Below are positions 10,379-22,799 of a stretch of 64,000 bases of DNA, one piece after another. Both the position numbers and the translations under genes were made by a program. Each line of letters starts with the position of its first letter. Position 1 is the first letter of the stretch. The stretch comes from Octopus sinensis (lineage: Eukaryota): the NCBI RefSeq assembly GCF_006345805.1, contig NC_043011.1, forward strand, positions 34,980,464 to 35,044,463, in the 5' to 3' direction. Under the pieces are notes generated by a model that had not been told where the DNA came from, searched no databases, and saw only the letters and a list, made by a program, of their open reading frames with translations.

Positions 10379-10922
10379 TTTGCAACTTTGAAAAAAGAAA
10401 AGGAAAAAGAAGGAAGCACAGTTTTGCTGAAATAATTCCAATTACTGCCGACATAATCTAGCAAAATCCTGGAACCATAGTTGTTATCATAGTAAGGAGT
10501 TCCTGTGATCTGTGGCTCGGAACAAATTAACCTGCAGCTATTAAATTGCTGCTGCTCACAGGCTAACCATACATGCAGCAATTTATATTGCCAGGTGAAT
10601 GAGAATACGGACGTTCATTTTGCACATGTGGCATAGGAGTGTGTGTAGATGTGTGTGTGTGTGTGTGCATGTGTTGTATGAGACACAGGTGTGACTGTTG
10701 AAGTTTGGTTTCCAGCCACATGGTTGTATGTTCTGTCCCACTGCGTGGCACCTCAAACTACTGTCTTTGGCTGTAGTTCTTGGCTGAGCAAATCCTTGTG
10801 TGTATAATTTGTGTGTGCATAATGAGAATACTGATGTTATTTTTCACATGTGGCATATGTGTATCTAGGGGTATATATGTGTGTGCTTGTGCATGTGTTA
10901 TGTCTATATATATATATATATA

Positions 10923-11704
10923 TCATCGTCGTTTAACGTCCGTTCTCCATGCTAGCATGGGTTGGACGGTTCGACCGGGGTTCTGGGAAGCCAGAAGGCT
11001 GCACCAGGCTCCAGTCTAATTTGGCAATGTTTCTACAGCTGGATGCCCTTCCTAACGCCAACCACTCCGTGAGTGTAGTGGGTGCTTTTTACGTGCCACC
11101 TGCACAGGTGCCAGGCGGGGCTGGCAACGTCCACGGTCAGATTGGTGTATTTTATGTGCCACCGGCACGGAAGCCAGTCGAGGCGGTGCTGGCATCGGCC
11201 ACGAGTCGGATAGTGCTTTTTACGTACCACCAGACCAGGGATCCTGGCTGGTTCAATTCGATTTCGATTGCCCCAACATGTCTTCACAAGCAAAGGGGGT
11301 TGGCAAGGGTGCCTGTCGTACGGTCGCATTGGAGTATTTTACGTGCCACGGCCACGAGTCGGATAGTGCTTTTTACGTACCACCAGACCAGGGATCCTGG
11401 CTGGTTCAATTCGATTTCGATTTCGCTTGCCCCAACATGTCTTCACAAGCAAAGGGGGTTGGCATGGGTGCCTGTCGTACGGTTGGATTGGAGTATTTTA
11501 CGTGCCACGGCCCCGAGTTGGATAGTGCTTTTTACGTACCACCAGGCCAGGGATCCTGGCTGGTTCAATTCGGTTTCGATTTCGGTTTCGATTTCGCTTG
11601 CCCCAACATGTCTTCGCAAGCATGGGGGGTTGGGATGGGTGTCTGTCGTCGGATGAGGTTCTATATCGACTTCGCTTGCCTCAACCGGTCTTTGTGTCCA
11701 AGGG
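10923..11704 (-). mobile_element. RTE 3' UTR-derived element, inverted, with an internal triple 153-159 bp repeat
   Basis: Starts tcatcgtcgtttaacgtccgttctccatgctagcatggg (reverse complement of the RTE tail); repeat units start at 11197, 11350 and 11509. Confidence 0.85.
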
Positions 11705-11744
11705 AGGAAATACATACACACACACATTCTTTTACTTTTATCTA

Positions 11745-11922
11745 TATGTGTGTATGTATATCTGTGTACGTCTCTGTGGATGTACATCTGTATGTCTGTG
11801 TGTGTGTATGTATGTATGTATGTATGTGTGTGTCTGCATGTGTGTGTGCTTATGCCTGTGTGTCTCTGTGTATGTATGTATGTGTGTATATATATATACA
11901 TATATGTATGTATGTATGTATT
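11745..11922. repeat. Degenerate (TG)/(TATG) compound microsatellite
   Basis: Alternating gtgt/atgt runs; source of several spurious ORFs. Confidence 0.9.
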
Positions 11923-12445
11923 CATTCCAGACTGTTGCAATGCATGGGGATTGATTTCAATGAGTTTTATTCAAATTGGATTTCTGATCTCCTCCACACA
12001 TTGCTTTCATGAGTCAGTCATGGTAACTGCTTTACTGATGTAATAATGCTTAATGCTAATTCATTGATAATGCTCATTTCCAGCCCTCCCACTGTTCCTC
12101 AGCAGAAAATGGGAACACTTCAGTAATGTTACAATTACATGTTTCCATGGGTAGCTTATTACAGTTATTGATACAGTTCTTAGCTAATCTGTTAGCTTTT
12201 GTACTAATGACCTTGTGAGTAAAAAAGCAAATCCATTTCTGTTTTATCTTTTATTTGTTTGTCTTTGAACTGTAGCCATAACTGGGGCACTGACCCGAAG
12301 GGTTTTTAGTCAAACAAATCGATTCCAGTAATTTTCTGTTTTGTAAGTCTTTTGCCGAACTGTTATGGGGGTGGTGGTGGTCAAATGCGTGCATGCTTTC
12401 TCTCTCTCTCTGTCTCATACTTGAATACGCACTCGCATACATATG

Positions 12446-12613
12446 CACTCACACTCACTCGCAGTCTCTCGCCCACTCACACTCACTCGCAGTCTCTCGC
12501 CCACTCACACTCACTCGCAGTCTCTCGCCAACTCACACTCACTCGCAGTCTCTCGCCCACTCACACTCACTCGCAGTCTCTCGCCCACTCACACTCACTC
12601 GCAGTCTCTCGCC
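12446..12613. repeat. 28-bp minisatellite x6 (CACTCACACTCACTCGCAGTCTCTCGCC) inside an inverted family-B SINE (~12268-12890)
   Basis: Six units counted, one substitution (12530); degenerate continuation to ~12720. Confidence 0.95.
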
Positions 12614-13299
12614 CACTTCCACTCACTCAGTCTCTCGCTCGCACTCATTTGCTCTCACTCATTCACTCGCACTCCCTCACTCATTCGCTTGCACTCTTAT
12701 TCACTCTCACTCTCGCACGCTCCCTCAGACATGATGGGTTTCTGCAGTTTCCATCCGCTAAATTCACTCTGAAGACATTGGTTGGCTTGATTCCATCATA
12801 AAAAAATAATTTCCCTAGGTGCTGCACAATAGGACTGAACCCAAAGCCACATGGTTGCAAAGAGTACTTCTTGACCCTACAGTCATCCTTGCGGCTGTTT
12901 GTGTATAAATAAATACCTGGGTAGATAAATCTTTCTGTAGTTTTCCATTCGGGGTAAATAATTCAAAGTAGTTTGTTCTGGCATTTTGTTTCTTTTTGTT
13001 TCTGCTTGTCCCTCGCTCATTTTACTGCAGTTCAAAACCCTCCTCTCAGCAGTGTAACTTCCATGCTCTTTAACATGGTCAATAACCAGCTATTTGAAAT
13101 CAGAGCCTCACAACTTGATCTTGTACCTCTTAATAACCCTGGTTTAGTTTCTAGTCTCTATTGATTTCTGTCATCTTTTACTGTATGATGAATTTTCCCA
13201 ACACTTGTTTCTGTTGGCAAATCTATGTATATACAAATGAAAAGTGTAGACAGATATAATTTAACATTCATTTTCCCTTTCTGTGCATGCACGTGTCAT

Positions 13300-13447
13300 A
13301 TGGAGGTTGGCGTTAGGAAGGGCATCCAGCTGTAGAAACACTGCCAGATCAGACTGGAGCCTGGTGCAGCCCCTGGCTTCCCAGATCCCGGTTGAACCGT
13401 CCAACCCGTGCTAGCACGGAAAACGGACGTTAAACGATGATGATGAT
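13300..13447 (+). mobile_element. RTE 3' tail fragment with (GAT)n
   Basis: ggttggcgttaggaagggcatccagctgtagaaac..ggacgttaaacgatgatgatg. Further copies at ~29070-29200(-), 40060-40250, 40900-41120, 46380-46590 and 56050-56330. Confidence 0.85.
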
Positions 13448-13722
13448 GCTGTTGCTTGCTGATTTTTAGTATTGAGTGGGGCTACGATCAAAAGGGTCTT
13501 TTTTTTTTTGTTTTTATTTTTAAGTAATGCAATTTGAAAAATTTGGCTGCTCTTTCTATTTTCTGACAAGTTGAACAACCACATAGATGCTCCCTCATTA
13601 GTTTGTAAATAGACAAGCTCTTAACTTTGTTACATCTACTTATTTATAGAAGTGATTTTTCAGCCAAACCTCTTTGGTTTGCTACTTTGCATACTTTGCA
13701 GTTCTTGATATCTTACTCTTAA

Positions 13723-13943
13723 CCCTTTAGTGTTCAGATTACTCTGTTAAATGTAATACTTTTTCACTCAAATTGTTTTGAATTAATCATGCATTATCTT
13801 ATAGCTTTGAGGTTTCAATGATGTGGTTGTTTATTTTTAGAATGTCAATGTAGGTTAGGAGTGAGAGGCTAGATATCGCCAGTTTGAATATAAAACATGT
13901 AGAATATATTGGGCCGGCTTTGGCCGGTTTAAACACTAAAGGG
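13723..13943 (+). mobile_element. piggyBac-type MITE, intact termini with TTAA TSD
   Basis: TTAA|CCCTTTAGTG..CACTAAAGGG|TTAA; 221 bp. Confidence 0.85.
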
Positions 13944-14211
13944 TTAAGGTTTCTGATTTGAGATTTTTATGCTGTATCCACAGCAGAAATTTGTTATTGC
14001 CAAACAAGACTTTTTTAATATAACAATCTGTTAAGCTTTCTAAGGGTCTACACATGCATTACTTTCACTATGAAGACAAAATTTACTGTTTTTGTCTTCA
14101 GTTTTATCTCCATACTGATGAAGTATAAAACAAAGACCATCAATTATAGATACATTTATATTACATTATTATTATTTGTAAGACAATTGACTTATAAATA
14201 TTTTAAGTCTA

Positions 14212-14244
<33 letters not shown>

Positions 14245-14789
14245 ATATTTAGTATTGTCAGTTCAGTGTGGCAGTTGCTGTACTTAACTGACTGGGACTT
14301 GAATCCAGTTTTAGTCAAGTCTTATGCACTTGTCTGATATGAAACTAAAAATTTAGGCTTTGTTAAAGTTTTACCAGCTCTATTGTACTGTGGTAAAATA
14401 TTGAAAAGCCTTGTTACACTGATTCTCTTTGAGAACCATGTTAAGGGGTATGCATGTCTATGGAGTGCTCAGCCACTTGCATGTTAACTTCATGACCTGA
14501 CTGGTCAGTTGATCATATCATCTAGAAAACTTGTCATGGTAACTGATGGAGAGCCAGGCCAAGTTTTCATCTTGCTGTGACCAACTTCTCTTTCCAGACT
14601 TGATATGAAATAAGCCCTAATGAAGTGCTAAAGAATGAATTTTAACCAGACATACATTAACATTACAACTACAGACTCTGTTTGAGGCCTTGTCCTGCAG
14701 TCATGGCTCTATAATTTAGTTTCACATCGTTTATCTGGTCCTTTTGCATGTATGCATTCAGTGACTCCAAGTTTTGTTTCTTAATACTA

Positions 14790-15125
14790 CTCTTTTACTC
14801 TCTTACTTGTTTCAGTCATTTGACTGTGGCCATGCTGGAGCACCACCTTTAATCAAGCAAATCGACCCCAGGACTTATTCTTTGTAAGCCTAGTACTTAT
14901 TCTATCGGTCTCTTTTGCTGAACCGCTAAGTTACGGGGATGTAAACACACCATCATCGGTTGTCAAGCGATGTTGGGGGGACAAACACAGACACACAAAC
15001 ATATACACGCACATACATATATATATATATATACATATATACGACGGGCTTCTTTCAGTTTCCGTCTACCAAATCCACTCACAATGCAGTGGGACTGAAC
15101 CCGGAACCATGTGGTTCGTAAGCAA
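14790..15125 (-). mobile_element. SINE family B
   Basis: Reverse complement of the family consensus. Similar inverted copies at ~16120-16400, 20050-20375, 28340-28560, 30296-30620, 32740-32930, 51210-51340 and 57860-58000. Confidence 0.85.
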
Positions 15126-15879
15126 AATTATCTAATTGTGGTTGTTTTATTCAAAAAGATGAAATGTTTATAGATGAACTTTACGTAATTCCTGTATGTT
15201 AACCATTCCTCTGTGTGTGTGTGTGTTAGCCATTGACATTTTCTTCACCTTTGTCTCTCTTGATGCTTTTTTGTCACTGAAAGCAATTAAGCCCCATATA
15301 AACATTATGGAGATTGAATTATTACAATGATTCATAATTCAATTAGTTATATGATTGGGCAGACCATTTGGTCCAAAAGCTGATGTTTGAGATGACCCTG
15401 GTATGGTTTTCTGTTTTTTGTTTTTTCTTAATATATTTTTAACTAGAATTACTTGTTTTATTGATCGGTCTGTAATCTTTTTTTTTATTTTCCCTAACAT
15501 TTGTAAAGGACGAACTAATTGACACAAGTCTGCAGCCAACCGAATCTGTTGAAAATGTAGATTTTATTCTGGTGTGGAGAGTAATTTAATTAAAACTAAT
15601 TCTAAGTGTGCTTTAAATTGGAAAGCTGTTTATTTATACAGTGTCTAACTTCCATTCACAAATTTCGGTTATGTTTGTTTGTCTCTCGCAACTCAACTGT
15701 TCTATTCAGTATGACCACTGACCCATGTGTTTCCACTATTAGTGGATATGGCTTATTTAGCTTTACCTGAAAAATGAAGGTAGCTTTTCAGCTTAGCACA
15801 ATTAGTCCAGCCTTGTAAACAGCTAAAAGTTTATTCTTCATAGAATTATCCTGCCTCAATAGTATTTTTTTCCTTTTAA

Positions 15880-16091
15880 ACCTTTAGCATTTAAACTGCC
15901 ATATTGGGCCCCAAATATTCTACTTTTATGTTATGTTCAAACTGGACAGATCAGGCCTCTCACATTTACTCTACAATGTCAATCTAAAAATAATCACATC
16001 ATTAAAATCTCAAAGTTGTGAGAAAATGTATGGTAAATTCAAAACTAAATAAATAAGCATTACATTTAACAATAATCTGAGTGCTAAAGGG
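15880..16091 (-). mobile_element. piggyBac-type MITE (inverted copy)
   Basis: cctttagcatttaaactg..ctgagtgctaaaggg. Other copies at 25171-25385(-), ~37265-37492(+), 47107-47325(+, TTAA on both sides), ~48975-49186(+) and ~55436-55640(-). Confidence 0.8.
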
Positions 16092-18352
16092 TTAGTTTGC
16101 TCTTTTCTTTTTTGTTTCAGTCCAGCGGCTGAAACAAAGTGGTGGCCAAGTATGTAGCCCTTGTTGGGGCACCACCTTGAAGGGTTTTAGTCGATCAAAT
16201 CAAGCCCAGCACTATTTTTTTTAAAGTTTGGTACTTTGACAATCTTTTTTATGAATCACCTAGTTATGGAGGTTGTCAAACAATGGCAGATGACAGACTG
16301 CCCCCCCACCCACACTCAGAGAGAGAGAGAGAGTTTTTGACTACCACATTCACTCTTAAGGCATTGGTTGGCCTAGTGCCCTAGGCTATGGCTTAGTCTG
16401 AGGAAAAAAGGTTGGGCTCACTCTTTTTGCAGGGCCTCTTAGCTGCCTGGTAGAGAGAAAGGGAAGGAGAAAACCACAACTCCTGAGTTGCTGCAGTAGT
16501 AAAAAGCAGTGCATCAGACTATGGAATTATTCCCATGCCATTTAGTCCAAAAGCTTGCATCAATGGTCTCTGCATAAAATGGCATTAAACCAAATGGCAG
16601 ATTTGGCCTACTATTCTTTTGCTTACTGCAATGCTCTAAAACCAACTCAAAAGCTTTTCCTAGAATTTACAATTCCTCTAGCTGCATTTTGTTTTCAGCT
16701 TGCATTTCTGTTGCATTTTTTTTTTGTTTTTCTTTCTCATAAAATTCTCCTTAGAGATCAGCATATGATATCTTTGATTATCAGTTTTCTAAACTTGTAC
16801 ATTTTGTTTCTCTTTTTTTTTTTTCTTGTTTGTTTTTGTATATATGGCATCATATCCATGTCTGTCAATTTTACAAAGTTTATTTCTTCATTACTCATGT
16901 TTTGCAGTTATTCAGTTCTAAAATTCTGTGATATTTGTACATGACAGCTGAGAGAGAGAGAGAGAGAGACTTCTCCATTTTCAGGATTACATGTCTGTCT
17001 TAGTGGAATTTGTGTAGGCATGAATATTTGAGATTTTAATGCTACTATATGGATATTGTATTTTTTTTTTTTTTTACTTGAGGGCATTATTAACAATGTA
17101 GGTTGAATAACTTTGAAATCAAAACTGAGCTGTGGACTTATTTAATAAAAACACTATGCAGCTTTCACTCCTATTCCATAATTTCTTTAAAAAACAAAAG
17201 CAGTTGCTTGGATGGAATAATATTCTCTTCTAAAAGAATTTTTATGAAACCTTTAACTGCCAAAATCTTGTCATTATTAACTCCGGTTAACTACGATTTA
17301 ATAAAGCCATGAGCAAAGGCGTTAAAGCTGCAATCGTCCCATTCTTGTTTAATCTTTTTTGTAACAGATTGCTTGTGATTGCTCCAGATTCTATGATATA
17401 AACTTCATGTTAATAATGTTTCAAATAATTATGGTTTTTCTAAATTCATGGTTTTCAAAATTAACTGAAAAAAAACAAAACATTGTATTTCAATGGAAAT
17501 ACAACAAAAAAGTTAAGACATAATATCTCTAAGACGTCTTGTTTTTAAGAAATGTTTGATTTTTGTGGAACTTAGGCTCTTATTTCTAACAGACTTAGCG
17601 AGAACATAGAGGCTTTGTCTTTTGCTCACTGTACAACCATTGGTTTTGGTTAAGTCCTTTTCATGTATTCAGTTTGAACTAAGTGAAATTCCTTTACGCT
17701 TTGGCATTTATTGGCTGCACTACCTGTATAGGAGGTTACTAATGTGGGATTGGTTCAACTAAATATTCCTTCTCTTTGTTGTGCTATGAAAGAAATCAAT
17801 AATTGAAATTATTATGCTTGACTGAATATACAGACCCATTAGTATTAGCATCACAAGTAATCCTGTTTTCTGTGTAGAGCGAAAGCAGTAAATCCAAAGA
17901 GAAAAGTAATAAAGTTTGTGCTTTTCTCTAAATCTTATTTAATAAAACCAAAATGAAAATTCTGATGCATTAGATAACTACGAATCTATAATATATCTAC
18001 ACACATACCCCATATAGAAATCGTAATGATGGTTGTTGCTAATCTAACTTAACAGCAACGAAAGGATGTGAGTTTGCTATTGAAAACCATTTTCCTAAAA
18101 TGGAATTTATAGCAGAATTTTATAGATTTGCATAGCGATAATATCCAAAATGTTTGTAAAACAAAATATTAAAGACAACAAAAACAAATCTTCAAACATT
18201 CCTTTATGATCCCCTTAGTTTACAATATTATATAATTTTTTTGTAATGAATTATTGTTTAAATCAGCTTTTGAAAATATATAATCAGTTTTTCATATTAG
18301 TGTTTTTATTTTAAACTATTGTTAAATACTTTGTTACAGCAGTGGCAGTGAA

Positions 18353-19310
18353 TGTTGGGCTGACCTAACCAGTATTGGTGGCGGCTGTTGTAAACATATA
18401 GCAGCTAGAATAAAGACAGGGTGGTAAAAGTTTAGGGAACTATGAACTCTGTTGGTAAACAGGGGCTTCTTGCTATCTCTTTCTCTCTCCCCCCCTCTCT
18501 CTCTCAGTGAAGGGCAGGTTGGGGGTGCTGCTTGCGAAGGGCAGGTTGGGGTGCTGCTTGCGTATGAGTTGCAATACTGCGTGGTTGTCAGACTTGGTTG
18601 ACAATGGTTGATAAATGTAGTACAAGCATGGCTGTATAGATAAGTACAACCCACATGCTTTTGGGTTCAGTCTCACTGTGTAGCGCTTTGGGTAAGTGTC
18701 CTCTTGTATAACCCCAGGTTGACCAGATTATTGTGAGTGGATTTAGTAAATGGAAACCTAAAGAAGCCTGATGTATGTATGTGTATATTTGTTTCCCCTT
18801 GTCTTGACATTACATGATAATTGTAAATGAGTGTCACTGTCGCATTGAGCAGTGTCATTTATTTTCAGTACTCTTTGAGGACATATGTGGCCATGGGGAA
18901 ATATTACCTTGCTTGGAAACAGGTGAGTGTTACTGGCAGGATGAGTATCTACCTCAGTATACTCTGTCCAACCTATGCCAGCTTGGAAAAATAGACACTA
19001 AAGTGTTTATGATATGGAAAGGCAGAAAGAAATGAGGCAGGCTTTGCCCTACTTGATATGTAACGACAGAACACTGGTGTGCTGAGAGAAAAACTGGCTT
19101 GAGAATTAATGGTTGCAGTGTGCAAGAGAGAAGACTGCACAGATACAGATATTTGAAGTGTATGAAGAATGATGGAAGTGTTGAACGGTGCAAGAGCAAT
19201 ACTGAAGATGGTGTGGGAAGAATTGGTGAGGTTTGATTTTGTGTTGTTGGGCAGAGGACCATGACAAGTGGCAAGACGTTATATTGGAACACAAATCCAG
19301 CTCATTGTCT
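18353..19310 (+). mobile_element. Degraded RTE-clade LINE (RT C-terminal region) split by a SINE at ~18590-19010
   Basis: Translates as ..DLTSIGGGCCKHIAARIKTGW*KFREL*TLLVNRGF..VKGRL.., then after the SINE ..REKL..VQERRL..WEELVRFD; stops and frameshifts present. Confidence 0.8.
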
Positions 19311-21239
19311 GTATAGGAGAGAGAGAGAGACATGTGGAAATGTGGATGACCTGATGGTGTACTAAGTGTCATTTCTGTACACGATTAATTCATTTTGAAC
19401 AAGATAATTAGGACATTGACACTTTGACAAGCAGAGCTCTTAATTATATTGGAGTAGATTTAAAAACTTGGACTAGACAATTTATTGCAAAATACACCAT
19501 TAGAAAAATTGATTTAAAAAAAAAAAAAAAAAAAAAAGGATGTAGTTAGAAGAATTTATTGAATGCCGACACAAATTGGTAGCGCTTGAAGTAGTTTAGC
19601 TGTGCTACTGTTCCAAGTTAAGGTTTCTATCAGCAATGCTATGAATTGATATTAAGGTTTCCACCTTAATGCAGATGGTCTTGTGTATGTGTGTGTGTGT
19701 GTGTGTGTAATTTATAATAAATTAAAACTAAAATATTTAAGGCGATTCTTTTGGGTTCATTTTTAATGAAATACATGGTTGATGGTCATTGTCATTTAAC
19801 ATCCACTTTTCCGTGCTTGCATGGATCAGATAAAATTTGTTGAGGGTGATTTTCTACTCTTTGTTGCCCTTCCTGTCACCAACATTCGATTTTTTTTTTT
19901 CAAGCAAGGTAATATTTCCTCATAGCTAGACATTTTTCACATAAAATTTGAAATATCTTTCCTCACTTGTATTATAATGGTGTTTGTTTACAACCATATG
20001 CCTAGACAAGGTTGCACTCACATAAAGAAGTGAGTGTATGTATATATATACTCTTTTACTTGTTTGTCATTTGACTGCAGCCATGCTGGAGCACCACCTT
20101 TAGTCAAATAAATCAACCCCAGGACTTATTCTTTGTAAGCCTAGTACTTATTCTATTGGTCTCTTTTTGCTGAACTTCTAAGTGACGGGGACGTAAACAC
20201 ACCAACATTGGTTGTCAAGCGATGGTGGGGATACAAACACATACATGTATACACACGATAGGCTTCTTTCAATTTCCGTCTACCAAATCCACCCACAAGG
20301 CTTTGGTTGGCCTGAGGCTTAGTAGAAAACATACATGGTCAGGAAGCAAGCTTCTTAATCACATAGCCATACCTGTACTAACGCTTTTGAAAATAATCTC
20401 AGAAATTTTTTAGAAGAGTTTAGCAGAATTACTTCCATTTAGTGGTATTTTGAACATAATTTAACTAAATGTTTCTTGCATAGAATTTCAGAGGTTTTTT
20501 AATTTGATATAATGAGGAGTTTTGTATCAAAGATGCAGGGCATCTCTTATGAGCCCATATGAAAGGAGCTCATTGTTAGTTTGGAACTGAAAAGGTCCAG
20601 CAAACCTACTGATGGGACTCTAATCAAGTACCTGCTGATTTTAGCAACTGCTCAGCCAATTACACCAGACATAATAATCACTGTTCAATTTACATCACCG
20701 TTTGTAGCATAGGCACTTGGCCAGTTACACGATGATGTGAGTGTAATTGAATTTTTCAGTGTCTACAATCATTTCACCTGTTCCACTGATAATTAATTTA
20801 GCATAGGTAGGACAGGTTATTAATATCTGTCTAATACACTACGTATCACACTTTCAGTCGATGTATTTGATAATTAATGCCTACAATGTGGATAAATTAT
20901 TGGCTCAGTTTGTTAATGTTTAAGTGATACATTAAACACATCTCAACCAATATTTGGTGATTGAAAAATTCCGTAAAGCAGGCTTGAAATTGAAACATTT
21001 TAGATCATAAAGTTGATAAAACTTGAGAGATGGTGACATGACGTGTATCACATACCTCCTGCACACCACACACTAGACCCCCTACATTACACACACACAC
21101 ACACGTAGGCATGCATAGAGTATGGTGAAGGAGGGAAATTTTGAAATACGTTTTATCAATGAGTTTCTTTTTCAATCTCAAATAAGTCTTAGAATTTCTT
21201 CTTTGGTGTTTTGTTTGGAGGAAGAGGGTGCATCCACAG

Positions 21240-21535
21240 CCTAAACAGACCCTCCAATATCAGTGTCATTGATGAAGTTAATGAATCTTTGAACAGCTGC
21301 CAATTGATGGCTGCAGGAAAAAATTTGGACAAAAGGATAATTTCTAAAGAAGGAATAGGGAATTATAGTGATTGCAGGATTTGGAGGGTGGAATATGATA
21401 TGAGTAACAAATAGGAAGACAGAATGGGTCTTGTGGGCTCGAGTGAAGGTGATACAAGAACACAAACTTTGAGAAGCATTGGTGACGGTAGTAGCAGTAA
21501 TAAAGGCAGAGTCCACCTTTGGTTTTATGATGCAA
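21240..21535 (-). mobile_element. Degraded CR1-group (L2/Crack/Daphne-like) LINE 3' end
   Basis: Minus-strand frames give LCLYYCYYRHQCFS, ITFTRA, NHYNSLF and FFPAAINWQLFK, matching the C-terminal RT tail pattern (LFYRYYHGxCS..HYxNSFF..VFP..INLQxFK). Confidence 0.55.
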
Positions 21536-22363
21536 ACTGTTTTAAAATGATCCAAATTAAAATTTTCTATCATGTAAATTTGTTCCAAATTCCAGCTTAT
21601 TAAGGATTGTTATTTTACTAAATTCTTCATTGTTTTTAAAATACATTGTAACAAAGGTATTGCATTTCAGTTGAAATATGGTAAAAAAGGTTAATCCTCA
21701 ATCAACCTTTTTTCTCTTATAACATGACCTACATTTTTTTCCCAAGGTACCTTTCATCTTTTACTCCTTTTTTTAAGGAGATTGGGCTCTTTCTAGCACA
21801 CCAAGTAATCTAATAGTGGAATTTGATATTAGAAAATAATATTGAAGTACATGAAAGAAATCTGTACTTAATATAATTTGAAAGTTGGGTGGTGAGGTTA
21901 CATTGGAATATATGTGAGAGAAGGAACTAATGAAGACATGTTATTCTGCAGTCTCGTCTTTATTTATTAAACTTCAGCTGCCATTTTAATGTCGAGTTGT
22001 TCTGGATGTCTCCTCACCACCACCACCACCACCGTTAGATTAGGAATGTCTTTTCATTAATTACCTTTTCAACCGACAGTTATTTAATGTTATTTCAACA
22101 TTACTCTATTGTGACAGTGCCAGCTGTAAAATGTTCTGAAGGAGACTTAACCCATTTGGTTTATGGTGAATTTTCGTGTATTTTGTTAGACTTGAGATGA
22201 GATTTTTCCCCTCCTTCTACTTGCATAAAGTAGTCAACCACCTATCGATAACTTGAGGGATATAAGTCCCCTTCAGACTGTCTTTGCTTCCAAGGTACCA
22301 GACTGCATATATTAGGCTTGGGAAAATTTTTTGGTAAGGTTTTTAACTCTTTTGTTACCAATA

Positions 22364-22600
22364 GGTGCAGGAGTGGCTGTGTGGTAAGTAGCTTGCTTAC
22401 CAACCATGGTTCTGGGTTCAGTCCCACTGCATGGCACCTTGGGCAAAGTGTCTTCTACTATAGCCTCGGGCTGACCAAAGCCTTGTGAGTGGATTTGGTA
22501 GATGGAAACTGAAAGAAGCCCGTCGTATATATGTATATATATATGTGTGTGTTTGTGTGTCTGTGTTTGTCCTCCCAACATTGCTTAACAACTGATGTTT
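22364..22600 (+). mobile_element. SINE family B (5' part)
   Basis: gcaggagtggctgtgtggtaagtagcttgcttaccaacc.. consensus. Other + copies at ~25686-26070, 33863-34250, 39092-39400, 41380-41745 and 45180-45560. Confidence 0.85.
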
Positions 22601-22799
22601 TACCAAGGTCAGTTCTGATGAGTAAGTCTTTGATCAGTGACATTTTTTTAACCATTTTGATATCAAAAATGAAGTTATTCTGTCCATTGTATCCCCGCTT
22701 TTTAAAGATGGTAGCATGTGATTTGAGACATTTAGCTGCTATTTCTTGTCTGTTGACTGCTTAGCGGTTTCATTGGCTGGTAGGTTTCTTGTAGCTTAA

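Noticed and set aside
10949-12043. Longest ORFs in the track (235, 244, 165 aa)
   Set aside because: They lie entirely in a retroelement-derived tandem repeat and (TG/TATG) microsatellite; no splice logic or protein-family signal.
12352-12801. Three overlapping ORFs with HSHSLA/LTLTRS repeats
   Set aside because: Translation of the stop-free 28-bp minisatellite.
22610-22700. C/D snoRNA candidates (TGATGA here and at ~36258)
   Set aside because: No correctly spaced CTGA box or terminal stem; the second lies inside a hAT MITE.
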